From Yuukianura sp. NJ FZ-2021 (lineage: Eukaryota), in contig CM102290.1 in assembly GCA_046563655.1 (NCBI GenBank), positions 744,001 to 808,000 on the forward strand: DNA of 64,000 bases, read 5' to 3'. The position numbers and the translations under genes were made by a program. Below, piece by piece: positions 1 through 10,138 of this stretch (its first letter is position 1; each line of letters starts with the position of its first letter). The notes beneath the pieces were generated by a model that searched no databases, had not been told where the DNA came from, and saw nothing but the letters and a program-made list of their open reading frames with translations.

Positions 1-1
1 A

Positions 2-298
2 TCAAAAACCTACCTATGTATCTACTGTAACCAAAGTTTCAAAAGTCTTTTCTGTTACCAAAAACATAAAAAAAGACATTTGAATCCCGTGTCAGTCGAC
101 ATTCCGCCAAATCCGAATCCCGACCTTACTCACTCTCTGTCCCAAAATACTTTACGAACAACGGATCTCAACGTCCAGTTCTTCCCATGCAAAAAATGTG
201 GATCCAAATTCCCTAGTTACTACTTTGTACATAAACACAAGAGGATTTGCGACATGACGGGAGCAAGAGAGGAGGGGCAACCAGTGGAGCAAGTCTAA
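2..298 (+). CDS. 3' end (last exon, 5'-truncated by the window) of a zinc-finger protein with a C2H2 and a C2HC/C2H2-like finger
   Basis: The frame from base 2 is open: SKTYLCIYCNQSFKSLFCYQKHKKRHLNPVSV...DLNVQFFPCKKCGSKFPSYYFVHKHKRICD...QV*. This has a canonical CxxC-x12-HxxxH finger and a second CxxC finger. Stop at 296-298; AATAAA at 501-506. Confidence 0.8.
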   Translation, partial: SKTYLCIYCNQSFKSLFCYQKHKKRHLNPVSVDIPPNPNPDLTHSLSQNTLRTTDLNVQFFPCKKCGSKFPSYYFVHKHKRICDMTGAREEGQPVEQV

Positions 299-840
299 TC
301 ATGAGAACTTCATCAATTTATACAAAGTTCATCTTTTTCTTGCCAGCATAAAAAAAATTGCAAGTTTTTCTTCGTAATTAAACCTAGAACTAAACAACCT
401 TCAAACGTTTTTAAAGTTAAAAAAAATCAGGACAAAGTTCTTTTGCATTGTTCCGTTTCCATTGTCTTTTTTCCTTTCTAAATAACTAATTGTTTGTCTC
501 AATAAAAAGCTATTACTTTCCAACACTAAAAAAATGACACAATTGATCCAAGTTGGACTTCAACAGAAATTAAGTTTCTATTAATTACTTTTAGGTTGCA
601 AAAACTAAAAGTTTATAGCATGGAAGCGTCAAATTGTAATTTCAAATTTTTAGTACTTGGATACTCCATGTCTTACATCGCCTGTTGACGCACAATATTC
701 GGAGTAGTAAAAATGTAATAAACCGAACACAATTGATTTTAAATTTCACATTCTAAACAATCCATTCATATACAATTACCAAAAATAAGTACTAACAAAA
801 AAAGAAAGAAACGAAAAGTACTAACTTCGGGGGGTTCCAG

Positions 841-1018
841 GCCAATGGAGCGAAAACAATAAGCGCGAATTCCACAACCTGGCAACACTGAATCTACATT
901 ACCAATGAAACCTGACACCCCATTTAAAAAAAATTAACCCACACCCCAACAATGTTCAGTTCCCCTGACTATTGCCAACTTGCTAAAAATTCGCTCTTAT
1001 TGTTTTCGCGCTAATGAC
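841..1018. mobile_element. MITE-like imperfect inverted-repeat element
   Basis: GCGAAAACAATAAGCGCGAATT (850-871) pairs with AATTCGCTCTTATTGTTTTCGC (988-1009). Pairing extends inward (TGGCAA/TTGCCA) and weakly outward. Confidence 0.6.
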
Positions 1019-1145
1019 TTCATACGATTTCGTGCCATGATGTCCAAACTATAATAACTAATTTGTACTAAAATTGTACGCCCACACATAAAACACAGAT
1101 ATAGCACTAATGGAAAACCATTTTAGGATAAATTGTGTAGTAAAT

Positions 1146-1299
1146 TTTTACCTGTAAAGTGAGCGAGACCTGGTAAATTTACCAGTAAATTAAATCAGGA
1201 ACAATAAATTGTTGTTACTGGTAAATTTACTGGTAATTGTACTGTACCTGGTAAATTTACTGGTAAATTTATCAGGTTTCGCTCATTTACAAGTAAAAA
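1146..1299. mobile_element. Foldback/MITE-like palindrome with internal GGTAAATTTAC(C/T) repeats
   Basis: TTTTACCTGTAAAGTGAGCGAGACCTGGTAAATTTACCAGTAAATT pairs with AATTTACTGGTAAATTTATCAGGTTTCGCTCATTTACAAGTAAAA. GTAGT lies near both ends (1137-1141, 1301-1305). Confidence 0.65.
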
Positions 1300-2099
1300 C
1301 GTAGTCAGTCCCAGAAAATTGGAATGCATAATGCAAAAAAAAAGTGTTCGTAACACGTTATGCCTATGACGAAGCGTTCCAAATGCAAACTTTTACATAG
1401 TAGTCAAGGAAGGACGTGTTCGTAAGCCATCTTGGCCTCGTTTCCTTCACTTTGAACTTAAACAGGAAAACCTCAACCATGCCCCTCACCTCCCCCTTGT
1501 GCCATTCTGCTTCACATTAAATGAGACGTGTTAATGGATCAAATCCTCGAGGTCAATTATCTTCATCATAACAATAAAAAAACAAAGTTACTATTTTCAT
1601 AACTCAAGTTCAAGTACTTTTTTGTGCGTTATGTCATCAACATGAATGATTAAACCAAAAAAAGTGGAAGAAACCAATTCATTCAAAAAGACTATAAACT
1701 GCAGCCTAATCTTATACTTTTTCATAAACAATCTGCCTATCTGCCGATCGTCACTCGGACTTCGGAATTTAGCATTATCGGAAAGTTAGGACTAGAACTA
1801 ATCAAAATAGACTCATTCAAGGGCTTTACACAGTCAGTCTCACCAATGCGTAGTTCCAAATAATAACACAACACTTTCAATTAAGATTAATCATCAACTT
1901 TCACCACACATTCTCAATTTTATGGTTAGAGATAAAAGACTATAACTAAATCAGGAATTTACGACAATGGTAACCCAAACAGACTATCGCTATAATAGCG
2001 CTTATTTCGTGATGCGCAAAAAAAAAAACTTGCGTAACTTGTGCGTAATTTAGGCATACGATAGTAAACTAAATAGTAGTAAAAAGGTGAATAACGTAC

Positions 2100-4162
2100 C
2101 ATTAAGTTCGGCGTTATCTTCGTCTGATGTATCCAGTTCGTTCATTGCTTCCTTCAATTCCTCTTTACGTTTCTTCTTATTTGTACACATGTATTCCCTG
2201 AAAAAAAACATCAAAAGAGAGATTAATTTATATTAAGCACAGTCCAATCTGTAGGTAAAACCTACTATGAGATACACTTCTACAACAGATTACATTTGAC
2301 CTTTACTGGAATGAAATACTAAACTTATAATACTAAATACTAAAGTTTTAATCTTACGTCTGAATTGGGAGTTGTGGAGTTAGAATTGGTAGTCGCGATT
2401 CAGCCGAAGGATCTTCAACTTCTTCAAAGTTACCATCTTCCGGTACTTCCGTTTCCAAATTGTTTGTTTCCATGGGAATCTCCATGACACCAGCATTTTG
2501 ACCTTCGACAGCACCATTCGGCTGATCACTCTTCTGCTCCTTTTGAAGTCGAGTCGTAACTCCATTCGGTTCATTCGGTTTCACTCCAGCAGTTCCAACT
2601 ACTGGAAGTCCTCCAAGGTTCCCCGAATTGACTCCTCCGCCTGAATTGTTTGCCTGCTGATTGTTCCTTGACGACCGAGTACGAGCTCTGCTTTTTCTCA
2701 ACAGTTGTCTGTAATTGTTGGCTTTCTTGCTCATATAGTAGTACTGGACACAGTCAGCAACTCCCTTTCGCTCCAAATACGACTTGATAATCCCAAAGTT
2801 CTTTGGATGCTGAAGATACTTTTCCTTAAAAATGTCCTTTTCTTGTTCGGTCCACAGATTAATGAGTTGCTTATCCTTGTACTCTTGCATAGGTTCTTCA
2901 ATGAGACCGTTCCGATTAGTAAATCTGCGTTTTCTAGCAACTTCATCCAAAAGAATTGGCGGAATCACAGCATAACTTCTCATTTTCTTGTTTTCAAGTT
3001 CCTGCTCCTGAAGTCCGTCCATGATCTCCTCCATGTCAGCATCGGATTTAACACGAGATCCTACCCGAGAAAACCGCTCTTTGTCTTCCCGCTGTTTCCG
3101 AAGTTCTGGAAAAATCTTCTCAAACGTCTCCCGGTTCTTGGCATCTCGGTTTCGACGTTTTGCTGAATTTTCTAACTTCTCCAGCCGCCGAGCCCATTCT
3201 GTTGATAGTTGAGCATAAGTAGTGGTCAAGTATTCTTCTCGTCGTCGTTTCTCCTTGACCTTGATCCGGAAGTAACTCTGCAACTTATACTTGAAGCTGA
3301 GAAACTTTTGCTTGTTCTCATGGTAAACAGCCGTGTCTGATGGTTGGTTGTATAGGGGAAGGTCAACTCGTGGTCCAAGCTTATCCAAGACACCATGAGC
3401 AGCAGCAGCCTTCGATCGATTCTCAGCATAAGACGACTGTGGAAGGGAACAAATCACAGACTCGGCAGGAACTACTTTCTCTTCAGTCTCCCGCCTTGGT
3501 CGAGTTGCCAATTCTTCCAGTTCTACTTCCTTCTTTTTTAACTTTCCGATTTCGCTTTCTGTACGAGCAATTTCACGATCGACTTGTCCAAGTTTATGAA
3601 GTAGCTCATCCTTACTGGACTTCCAATTATCTAAGCTGGGATCATCTTTGATATTATCGGACGGTAAAATGGGACTAATTGCCTCCACTTCTGGGTTGTA
3701 AGCCGGACCGGACCGAGCACGATCCGTCTCAATCCGAAGGGGAGAATGAAGATCCGACTTGGCATCGCCGAGTCGTAGTTTCTTACATGGTGGTGTTTCT
3801 ACTTGAACCAATTTCATAATACCGCTACTGCCACTTTCCATTCCACCGTACATGCTTGCCCGTTGTTGCTGTTGCTGTTGAGGTTGTTGTTGTTGTTGTT
3901 GTTGCGACTGCTGCTGGGGTGAAGGACGATCGGGCCTGGGATTGATGTGCTGAATCACATACTCCAGTGCCTGCGGCGGCGGATGCAGAAGCGACATTCT
4001 GCGACCGATTCCAGCCCCGGCCGAAGCAGTGCCACTGCTCCGCTCTTCACTGGGCTGACCGTAGGATGACCCCGACGACTGTGGCATGACTGCCGGATGT
4101 TGATGTTGATGTGAGGACGACGGTTGATAGGCGATGTACGTCCCATCACCTCGACCGTACAT
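2100..4162 (-). CDS. NCOR: Nuclear receptor corepressor (NCoR/SMRT/SMRTER-like), first two coding exons; gene continues past the left edge
   Basis: Exon 4162-2358 encodes a polyQ tract, the YNPEVEAISP motif, the GPS2-interacting coiled coil (SKDELLHKLGQVDREIARTESEIGKLKKK), LPLYNQPSDT, FEKIFPELRKQREDKERFSRVG and SANT1/DAD (WTEQEKDIFKEKYLQHPKNFG...CVQYYYMSKK). GT donor at 2357-2356. In-phase next exon 2197-2100 (TEYMCTNKKKRKEELKEAMNELDTSDEDNAELN) has an AG acceptor and GT donor. Confidence 0.93.
3863..3916 (-). repeat. CAA/CAG microsatellite encoding the NCoR polyglutamine tract
   Basis: TTG/CTG repeats on the plus strand, translated QQQSQQQQQQQPQQQQQQ. Confidence 0.9.
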
Positions 4163-4819
4163 TGGAACCCCAATTCTCCTGTCACTGATTGTACACAGTA
4201 GTTGATGGGCGGTTGTTGTTGGTAGTACTGCTAACTGGTTGATTACTGGATGTGGAGTGAATTGTTAGGAGCCTTGTGTAGTTGTGGAGTCCATGCCATC
4301 CGTATCCCTTTGGGAAGAGACTGTGTTTAGCAGTTGGAGTGAGGAGTGGATATGCCACAGAATGGGAACAAGGGAGGGAAGTGAGTGTGGAGTTGTCCGG
4401 GCGACCAGAGAGTGGACTCTCCCTCTTCTGCAACGCAGTGGACTCTTCCCAAAAAAGACTCTTCCCAAATCCCAAACATCCGCCTCATCCACTGCGCATC
4501 CGCATCAAACATATCACAACACCACATTCGTCTTACAGGGGGTTCACTAAAACTCGAAATCCGTGATTTGAAGTCCGATTTTTTGCTTTTTTTTTGTTTC
4601 AAAGTCAAAATAATTAATATTTTGCATTCAAAACAAAGACAAAAAAACTAGCTCTTAATTTAAAAACTAGTTTTTTTTTGTTTTTGTTTTTGTTTTTTTT
4701 GCATTTTTCAGCTTGTATTTAAATGTTAATTATTGTTTGATTTTTTTATGTTTGACCCTTTGTTGATTACCTTTCTTTTTAATTCAAAATATTTTTGTTG
4801 CCGTTTTATTATTAAATAC

Positions 4820-4866
4820 TGCGTCAATATTGCGTCAATAGTGCGTCAACATTGCATCATTACTGC
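4820..4866. repeat. 11-bp tandem repeat (TGCGTCAATAT x~4) between divergent NCoR and Prp19
   Basis: tgcgtcaatat tgcgtcaatag tgcgtcaacat tgcatcattac tgc. Confidence 0.75.
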
Positions 4867-5375
4867 TTTCCATTGATTCAAAACAATACTCGACGAAAGA
4901 TTACCGTACTTTTGACCATTTTGAAAGTTTTGTCAACCGTTTCGTATTAGTGAAAAATATAAAAAACGGAAAACTTAAAATTATAGTGACAGTTTTAGTG
5001 ATAGCTATAAATTTTAAATTTTCCAAGGAATTAGGGAGTTAAGTTTACAGTTGTAAAGACATTGGAGCCGTTTCTGCGTTAATCCTACGACCGGACCGGA
5101 TGTCAAAATTAATAAGGTTCACAGAATTCACGACTTTAGTCAGCCCTGTTTTTGTGTATATTTGAGCATTGAACATGCGTCCACTTCTGTAAAACTTCAG
5201 TTCCACTACTTGTGCTTGTGCCTCAATTACCGGCATTTTTGATACGAAGAGACCCGACGACGCAACGTCAGGAACCACTTCTCAACAACCCATAAGTACC
5301 TTACTTGACCTTTGACCTTCTCAGGTCATACTTTGTTCGGTTTTGCAGAATCATTTGGAAAGAAACACATCTGCA

Positions 5376-7672
5376 ATGGCTCTCGTGTGTGCAAGTAAGC
5401 TGACTTCGTTTCATTTGATGTTTTTGTTTGGAAATTACATGGTTGCTATCATAGCACCCATACCACTGGTATGGTTTCAAAATTATCGATGTATTTTTGA
5501 CAGTTTCAAATGAGGTTCCAGAGGCCCCAGTCGTGTCACCCGTGTCTGGCTGTATCTTTGAACGACGTTTGATTGAAAAGTATCTCGATGATAGCGGAAA
5601 CACGGATCCAGTCAACGGACAACCCCTGACCAAAGACATGTTAATTGAAATTAAAAGTAAGTTAGTCAGTTGCTATATCGAATGTAGTAAAATTTGATAG
5701 TCGTTTAACTTCGAGTTTGTTGTTCATTTAGCTCCAAGTTTTGTGAAAGCCCGCCCACCTAGTGCAACTAGTATTCCAGGTCTTCTCAAGTCACTTCAGG
5801 ATGAATGGGATGCAATCATGTTGCAGAGGTAATTGGATCATCTGATTCTTCACTATTCAGAACCGACACCTTACAATCTTGTCTCATTTCTCTTGTTAGT
5901 TTCACGATGCGCTCACAGCTTCAAGTGGCGAGGCAGGAAATGTCACACTCCATGTATCAGCACGATGCGGCTTGTCGAGTTGTTGCTCGTTTGACAAAGG
6001 AAAGTGCAGCAGCACGAGAGGCTTTGGCGACGTTGAAACCGAAACAAGTTCTTTTCAGCTCAAATACGCCTGTTCCAATTGTAAGACCGATTTGAACCAA
6101 AGAATCTCAACGAAACATTAGTTTCTAAAATCCAATTTGTAATTTACTAGGCAAGTAGTGCTCCTGTACCAACTTCAACAACAGAATCCCAGATCATTGG
6201 TGTGAGTGATGAAGTTATAAAGGAGCTTCATGATGCTGCAGCACAGTTGACGGCAGAGAGGAAACGAAAAGTTGTTCCACACGACTTGACGACAGTTGAA
6301 GCTATTAAAGCTTTTACTTGCACTTCGTCATTTACGGTAAATTGTGGATTATTCACATTCTCTTAAAACTGTTTTTTACAGTTGAATTTGATATATTTTT
6401 TACATTGGCAGGGATTACACAGCGCAAGTAGTCCTGGCATCACCTGTCTTGACATGGTCGGCAACACGATTGTCACAGGAGGAGCTGACAAGACTGTTTG
6501 TATCTTCAACATTGATTCTAAAGAAGTTGTCGGGGTCATCAAGGGTCACACAAAGAGAATCACAAAAGTCGCGTGTCATTCTTCAGAGGTTAGTGTTCAA
6601 AACTCTAATAATAACTGTATGTTGTGAATAACCGGCCTAACTTTTTTGATATTTGATGTTAACTTGTTTATTTCCAGAGTGTTGTAATCAGTGGATCAAC
6701 AGATTCGACAATTCGAATCTCTCGTGTGGCCAACACCGAGACGGCTCACATTTTGCGAGTTCACGACGAAGCTATAACCGGCCTTTCGATTCATCCTACT
6801 GGAAACTACTTCTTGTCGACGTCAATGGATAGATACTGGGCCTTTTCGGATCTGCGGACTGGGGCGGTCATGGCCAAAGTTGTGAGTAGCAAGTTAGCAT
6901 TACTAACGAGGGAACATTCCCAACCGGTCGTCAAGTATTTGAATTTAAAAAGGACACTCATATTCTGCAGAAAATTTTCTTTTGGCATACAGAATATGAC
7001 TGTATTTTTTAAATTCAAAAACTTGACGACACGTTGGGAATGTTCCCTCGTAAGTTTAAAAAAATTATAATAAAGTTAGTTTTTTTTTTTTTTTTGTAAC
7101 ATATAGTTGGGAGATGAGCAAAACTCTTTGACGGCTGGTAAATTCCATCCCGATGGCTTACTCTTTGCTGCTGGAACGGAATCATCTGTTGTCAAAATTT
7201 GGGATTTGAAACAACAGACGAACGTGGCCAATTTTACGGGCCATACAGGACAAATTACTGCTGCCGTATTTTCTGAAAATGGGTTCTATTTGGCCACTGC
7301 TGGAGATGGAATGGTCAAGTTGTGGGATTTAAGAAAACTTAAAAACTTCAAGACGCTTGAGCTGGGACAAGATCATCAGATTCTGGATTTGGATTTTGAC
7401 AACAGTGGAACATACTTGGCTCTCAATGGACAGACTCTCAGGTAACAATTACTCATTTCCGTAGGATTGGCATTGACTTTGACTTTTGGTTCAACTAATC
7501 CTTGTTGTGACGCAGAGTATTGAATACGAAGACGTTGAATGAGATCATGGTATTCAAGGATCACACGAACGTAGGCACTGGAGTTCGGTTTGGCTCCAAT
7601 GCAGCATCGTTGGCATCGACTTCAATGGATCGCACACTCAAGTTCTATGGTAGTCCAGATCCATCGTCCTAA
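5376..7672 (+). CDS. PRPF19: Pre-mRNA-processing factor 19 (U-box, coiled coil, WD40)
   Basis: Exons 5376-5394, 5504-5656, 5732-5828, 5900-6080, 6151-6336, 6412-6588, 6678-6881, 7107-7441, 7516-7672, all GT-AG. Motifs: [33 protein letters not shown] (U-box), [64 protein letters not shown]...[26 protein letters not shown]. Confidence 0.96.
6906..7051. mobile_element. Hairpin MITE in a Prp19 intron, with mariner-like CGAGGG...CCCTCG ends
   Basis: ACGAGGGAACATTCCCAAC-CGGTCGTCAAGTATTTGAATTTAAAAA pairs with TTTTTAAATTCAAAAACTTGACGAC-ACGTTGGGAATGTTCCCTCGT. Pairing continues inward (TCATATTCTG/CAGAATATGA). Confidence 0.8.
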
Positions 7673-7948
7673 AAGTAATTGATCAAATGTTAATTAGTAA
7701 TTCAGTTTATATCAATTCCTCTTTTTAAACTAAAGATAAGTTTACTTCATAGATTATTCCGAATTTCCTATGTGCGTAGAAGTCTTTTTGAATATTGTTT
7801 AATTTGATGAAATAATAATTATTCTTGATTGTTGCTATTAAACAAAGAAGGAGCGTTATTATTCTTACTTTTTTAGTAATTATAAAAATGCATTACATTA
7901 ATAAAAATACAAATTATAAACTATAATGTATAAACTATACAAAATAAT

Positions 7949-7970
7949 TTTGAATTGTGAAGGCGGGAGC
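7949..7970 (+). promoter_or_regulatory. Candidate E2F-like site (GGCGGGA) with nearby TTTGAA upstream of Psf1
   Basis: TTTGAA at 7949-7954 and GGCGGGA at 7962-7968, about 130 bp upstream of the Psf1 ATG. Motif match only. Confidence 0.35.
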
Positions 7971-8098
7971 TCTATTTTTTTCCCTCTTGTTTTTGTTCTC
8001 ATTTGTTATTTGTGCTCTGCCTTACCGTAGTTGACCCCTCAGTTTCGTATGATTTCTGGGTCAGGTCAGAGGTCAAGTAGCAAAAATTCGTTTCAACG

Positions 8099-9160
8099 AT
8101 GGCTATGTTAGCAACCAAAGCTTTTGAATTGGTCAAGGAGTATCACAGAAGTGAGAATGCAGCTCTTCCGCCGTTTGATGTAAGCAACTAAACACCACTA
8201 CTTTTAATATTATTCTTATTCCGATTAACGACTACTAACTCCTGGCCATTGGGTTGATAATAGTAATGGTTTCAATACTAAAATGTGCTGTGATATGTTT
8301 CCGCTGCTGTATTGGACAGGCTTATTACGTATTCCTTCACTTTCATTTACTTACGTTAGTAACATGCATTGATTTTTGAAAAATAATTCCAGGAAAATGC
8401 TCTACGGCAAATATATGATGAGATGGAGGCACTGGAGAGTCAAAACCGGCATGACAAGTTCGTCGTTCAACTTAAGTTTTAACTAATCTTTAACTGCGAC
8501 TTTATTTACCGTTTTTGGTTTCTATTTTCGCAGTAACACAACCTTGATGTCACAGACTGAATACCAACGAAGCCGCCCGGCCATTCGCCTTCGACATTCT
8601 GCCCTCCAGAGAAATCGACAATGTGTTTTAGCCTACATGTACGTCAATACCATTATTGAAAAGAGCATGCACGCTATAAATAGAAACCTCAATTTTTATA
8701 TTACAGCACACACCGGCTTGCCCGGATTCGAGATGTCCGCTGGAATACTGGAGGTGTGATTCCAGAGGCCATGAGACTTAACATGACCGAACGTGAGATT
8801 CTATACTTCAAAACATACAGTAAGAGTTTGGCTAACTACATGAAAGCGGTTGGTGGCAACTTAGAGAGCGGATTGGATTTGACCCAAGACATGAAACCTC
8901 CAAAGTCAGGCAATACCTGTGTAAGTTTATAACAACTAAAGCGAGTTGTCCTAAGGCAATATTGATATCCTAATTGAAAATTTTTGTCAAAATACTTTGC
9001 GTAGGTAAAAGTGCTGAAAGACTGGGAATTGGATGATGTGGAAACTGGAGAAGTAATTTTACTCAAAAGGGAAGCAATTCTGTTCCTGGATGATTCTCAG
9101 TGTGAAGGGCTCGTGCGGCAAGGGATCGTTGAACGAATTAACTCAGCTCAAGAACGATAA
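8099..9160 (+). CDS. GINS1: DNA replication complex GINS subunit Psf1
   Basis: Exons 8099-8179, 8393-8457, 8534-8638, 8707-8920, 9005-9160. Spliced product: MAMLATKAFELVKE...LPPFDENALRQIYDEM...RHSALQRNRQCVLAYI.HRLARIRDVRW.TGGVIP...GLDLTQDMKPPKS..VKVLKDW...CEGLVRQGIVE, matching Psf1 hallmarks. The start could be the second ATG (8105). Confidence 0.92.
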
Positions 9161-9428
9161 ACTTCCGTTTACGACAATTATCTCACCATGTTTAATTAAT
9201 CTATGAAATAATTAGTTTAAAAAACAAGTTTCTCGTTTCAGCGCCTCTATTATACGATCATTCTGCATGAAATTAAACATTCCAGTGACTGACAACCTAA
9301 GTAAATCTGTACCAAAGGATTGGAGTGAAACGATTAATTGTTACTACGGGTAAACTTAACTATATACTTTACTATTTGATTAATTTAGTTTTATTAATTA
9401 TTTGCTGTTGTGAGATCCCATTAGATTG

Positions 9429-9439
9429 TTGGCGGGAAA
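9429..9439. promoter_or_regulatory. Canonical E2F-binding site in the presumptive HIRA promoter
   Basis: TTGGCGGGAAA (reverse complement TTTCCCGCCAA) between the Psf1 3' end and the apparent spliced HIRA 5' UTR. Confidence 0.5.
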
Positions 9440-10138
9440 CGATTTTATTTAAAATTAGTGTGGAAATATCACAGCTGGGCACACTTTGCTTTCAAAGTGG
9501 CAGAATGTGACATCCGACTTTGTTATGACTTTTTTTTATGTTTATGCGACTTTTTGATACAAAAAGTGTCAAATCCAAAAGTAGACGTCTATAAATTACG
9601 AAAATTGAAAATTCAATAATTATTGTGTTGTTTTCTTTTATGTCTGCAGTTGTTTCAATTGGATCTGCTGAACTGCGAATGTTATTCATCCAATAGTACG
9701 TTACCCTGGTTGGGACATTGCATCAATCACCAGCTAAGTTGGATCGCTCACCGGTAATCTTTACTCAATTAACTCCTCTCTCCAGTCCACCCCCTGAAGC
9801 AGGAAGAGGAACATATGATTATTATCTCCGGTTCACATTGTAATAATAACGACCGACAGTCCGGAGCAATAACAAAGGAAATTAGAAGTACTTCCCACGG
9901 AGCTAGGTTTATTGTCGTAAGTTAATCGACACGAAACGTTTTTTTTTTGTACACCAGAAGATAATGTAACTAACGTTCTTTTGTCGTTTAGTAGTTACTA
10001 CTGGGCTGACGTTGTCCACAAGTACAAGAATGGAGTGAAATGTAAATGGTAGGATGACATGTACGTTTCCGTTCCCGGAAAAAGCGAAGACTCCAGAAAG
10101 AAAGGAACAGTATTTCTGGAACGTATTTTTAATCTAAA

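Noticed and set aside
2380..3651. Several overlapping ORFs on both strands within the NCoR exon
   Set aside because: Antisense or alternate-frame shadows of the real coding exon, with no motifs.
4182..4651. Cluster of 75-97 aa ORFs upstream of the NCoR ATG
   Set aside because: No recognisable domains; consistent with a GC-richer 5' UTR.
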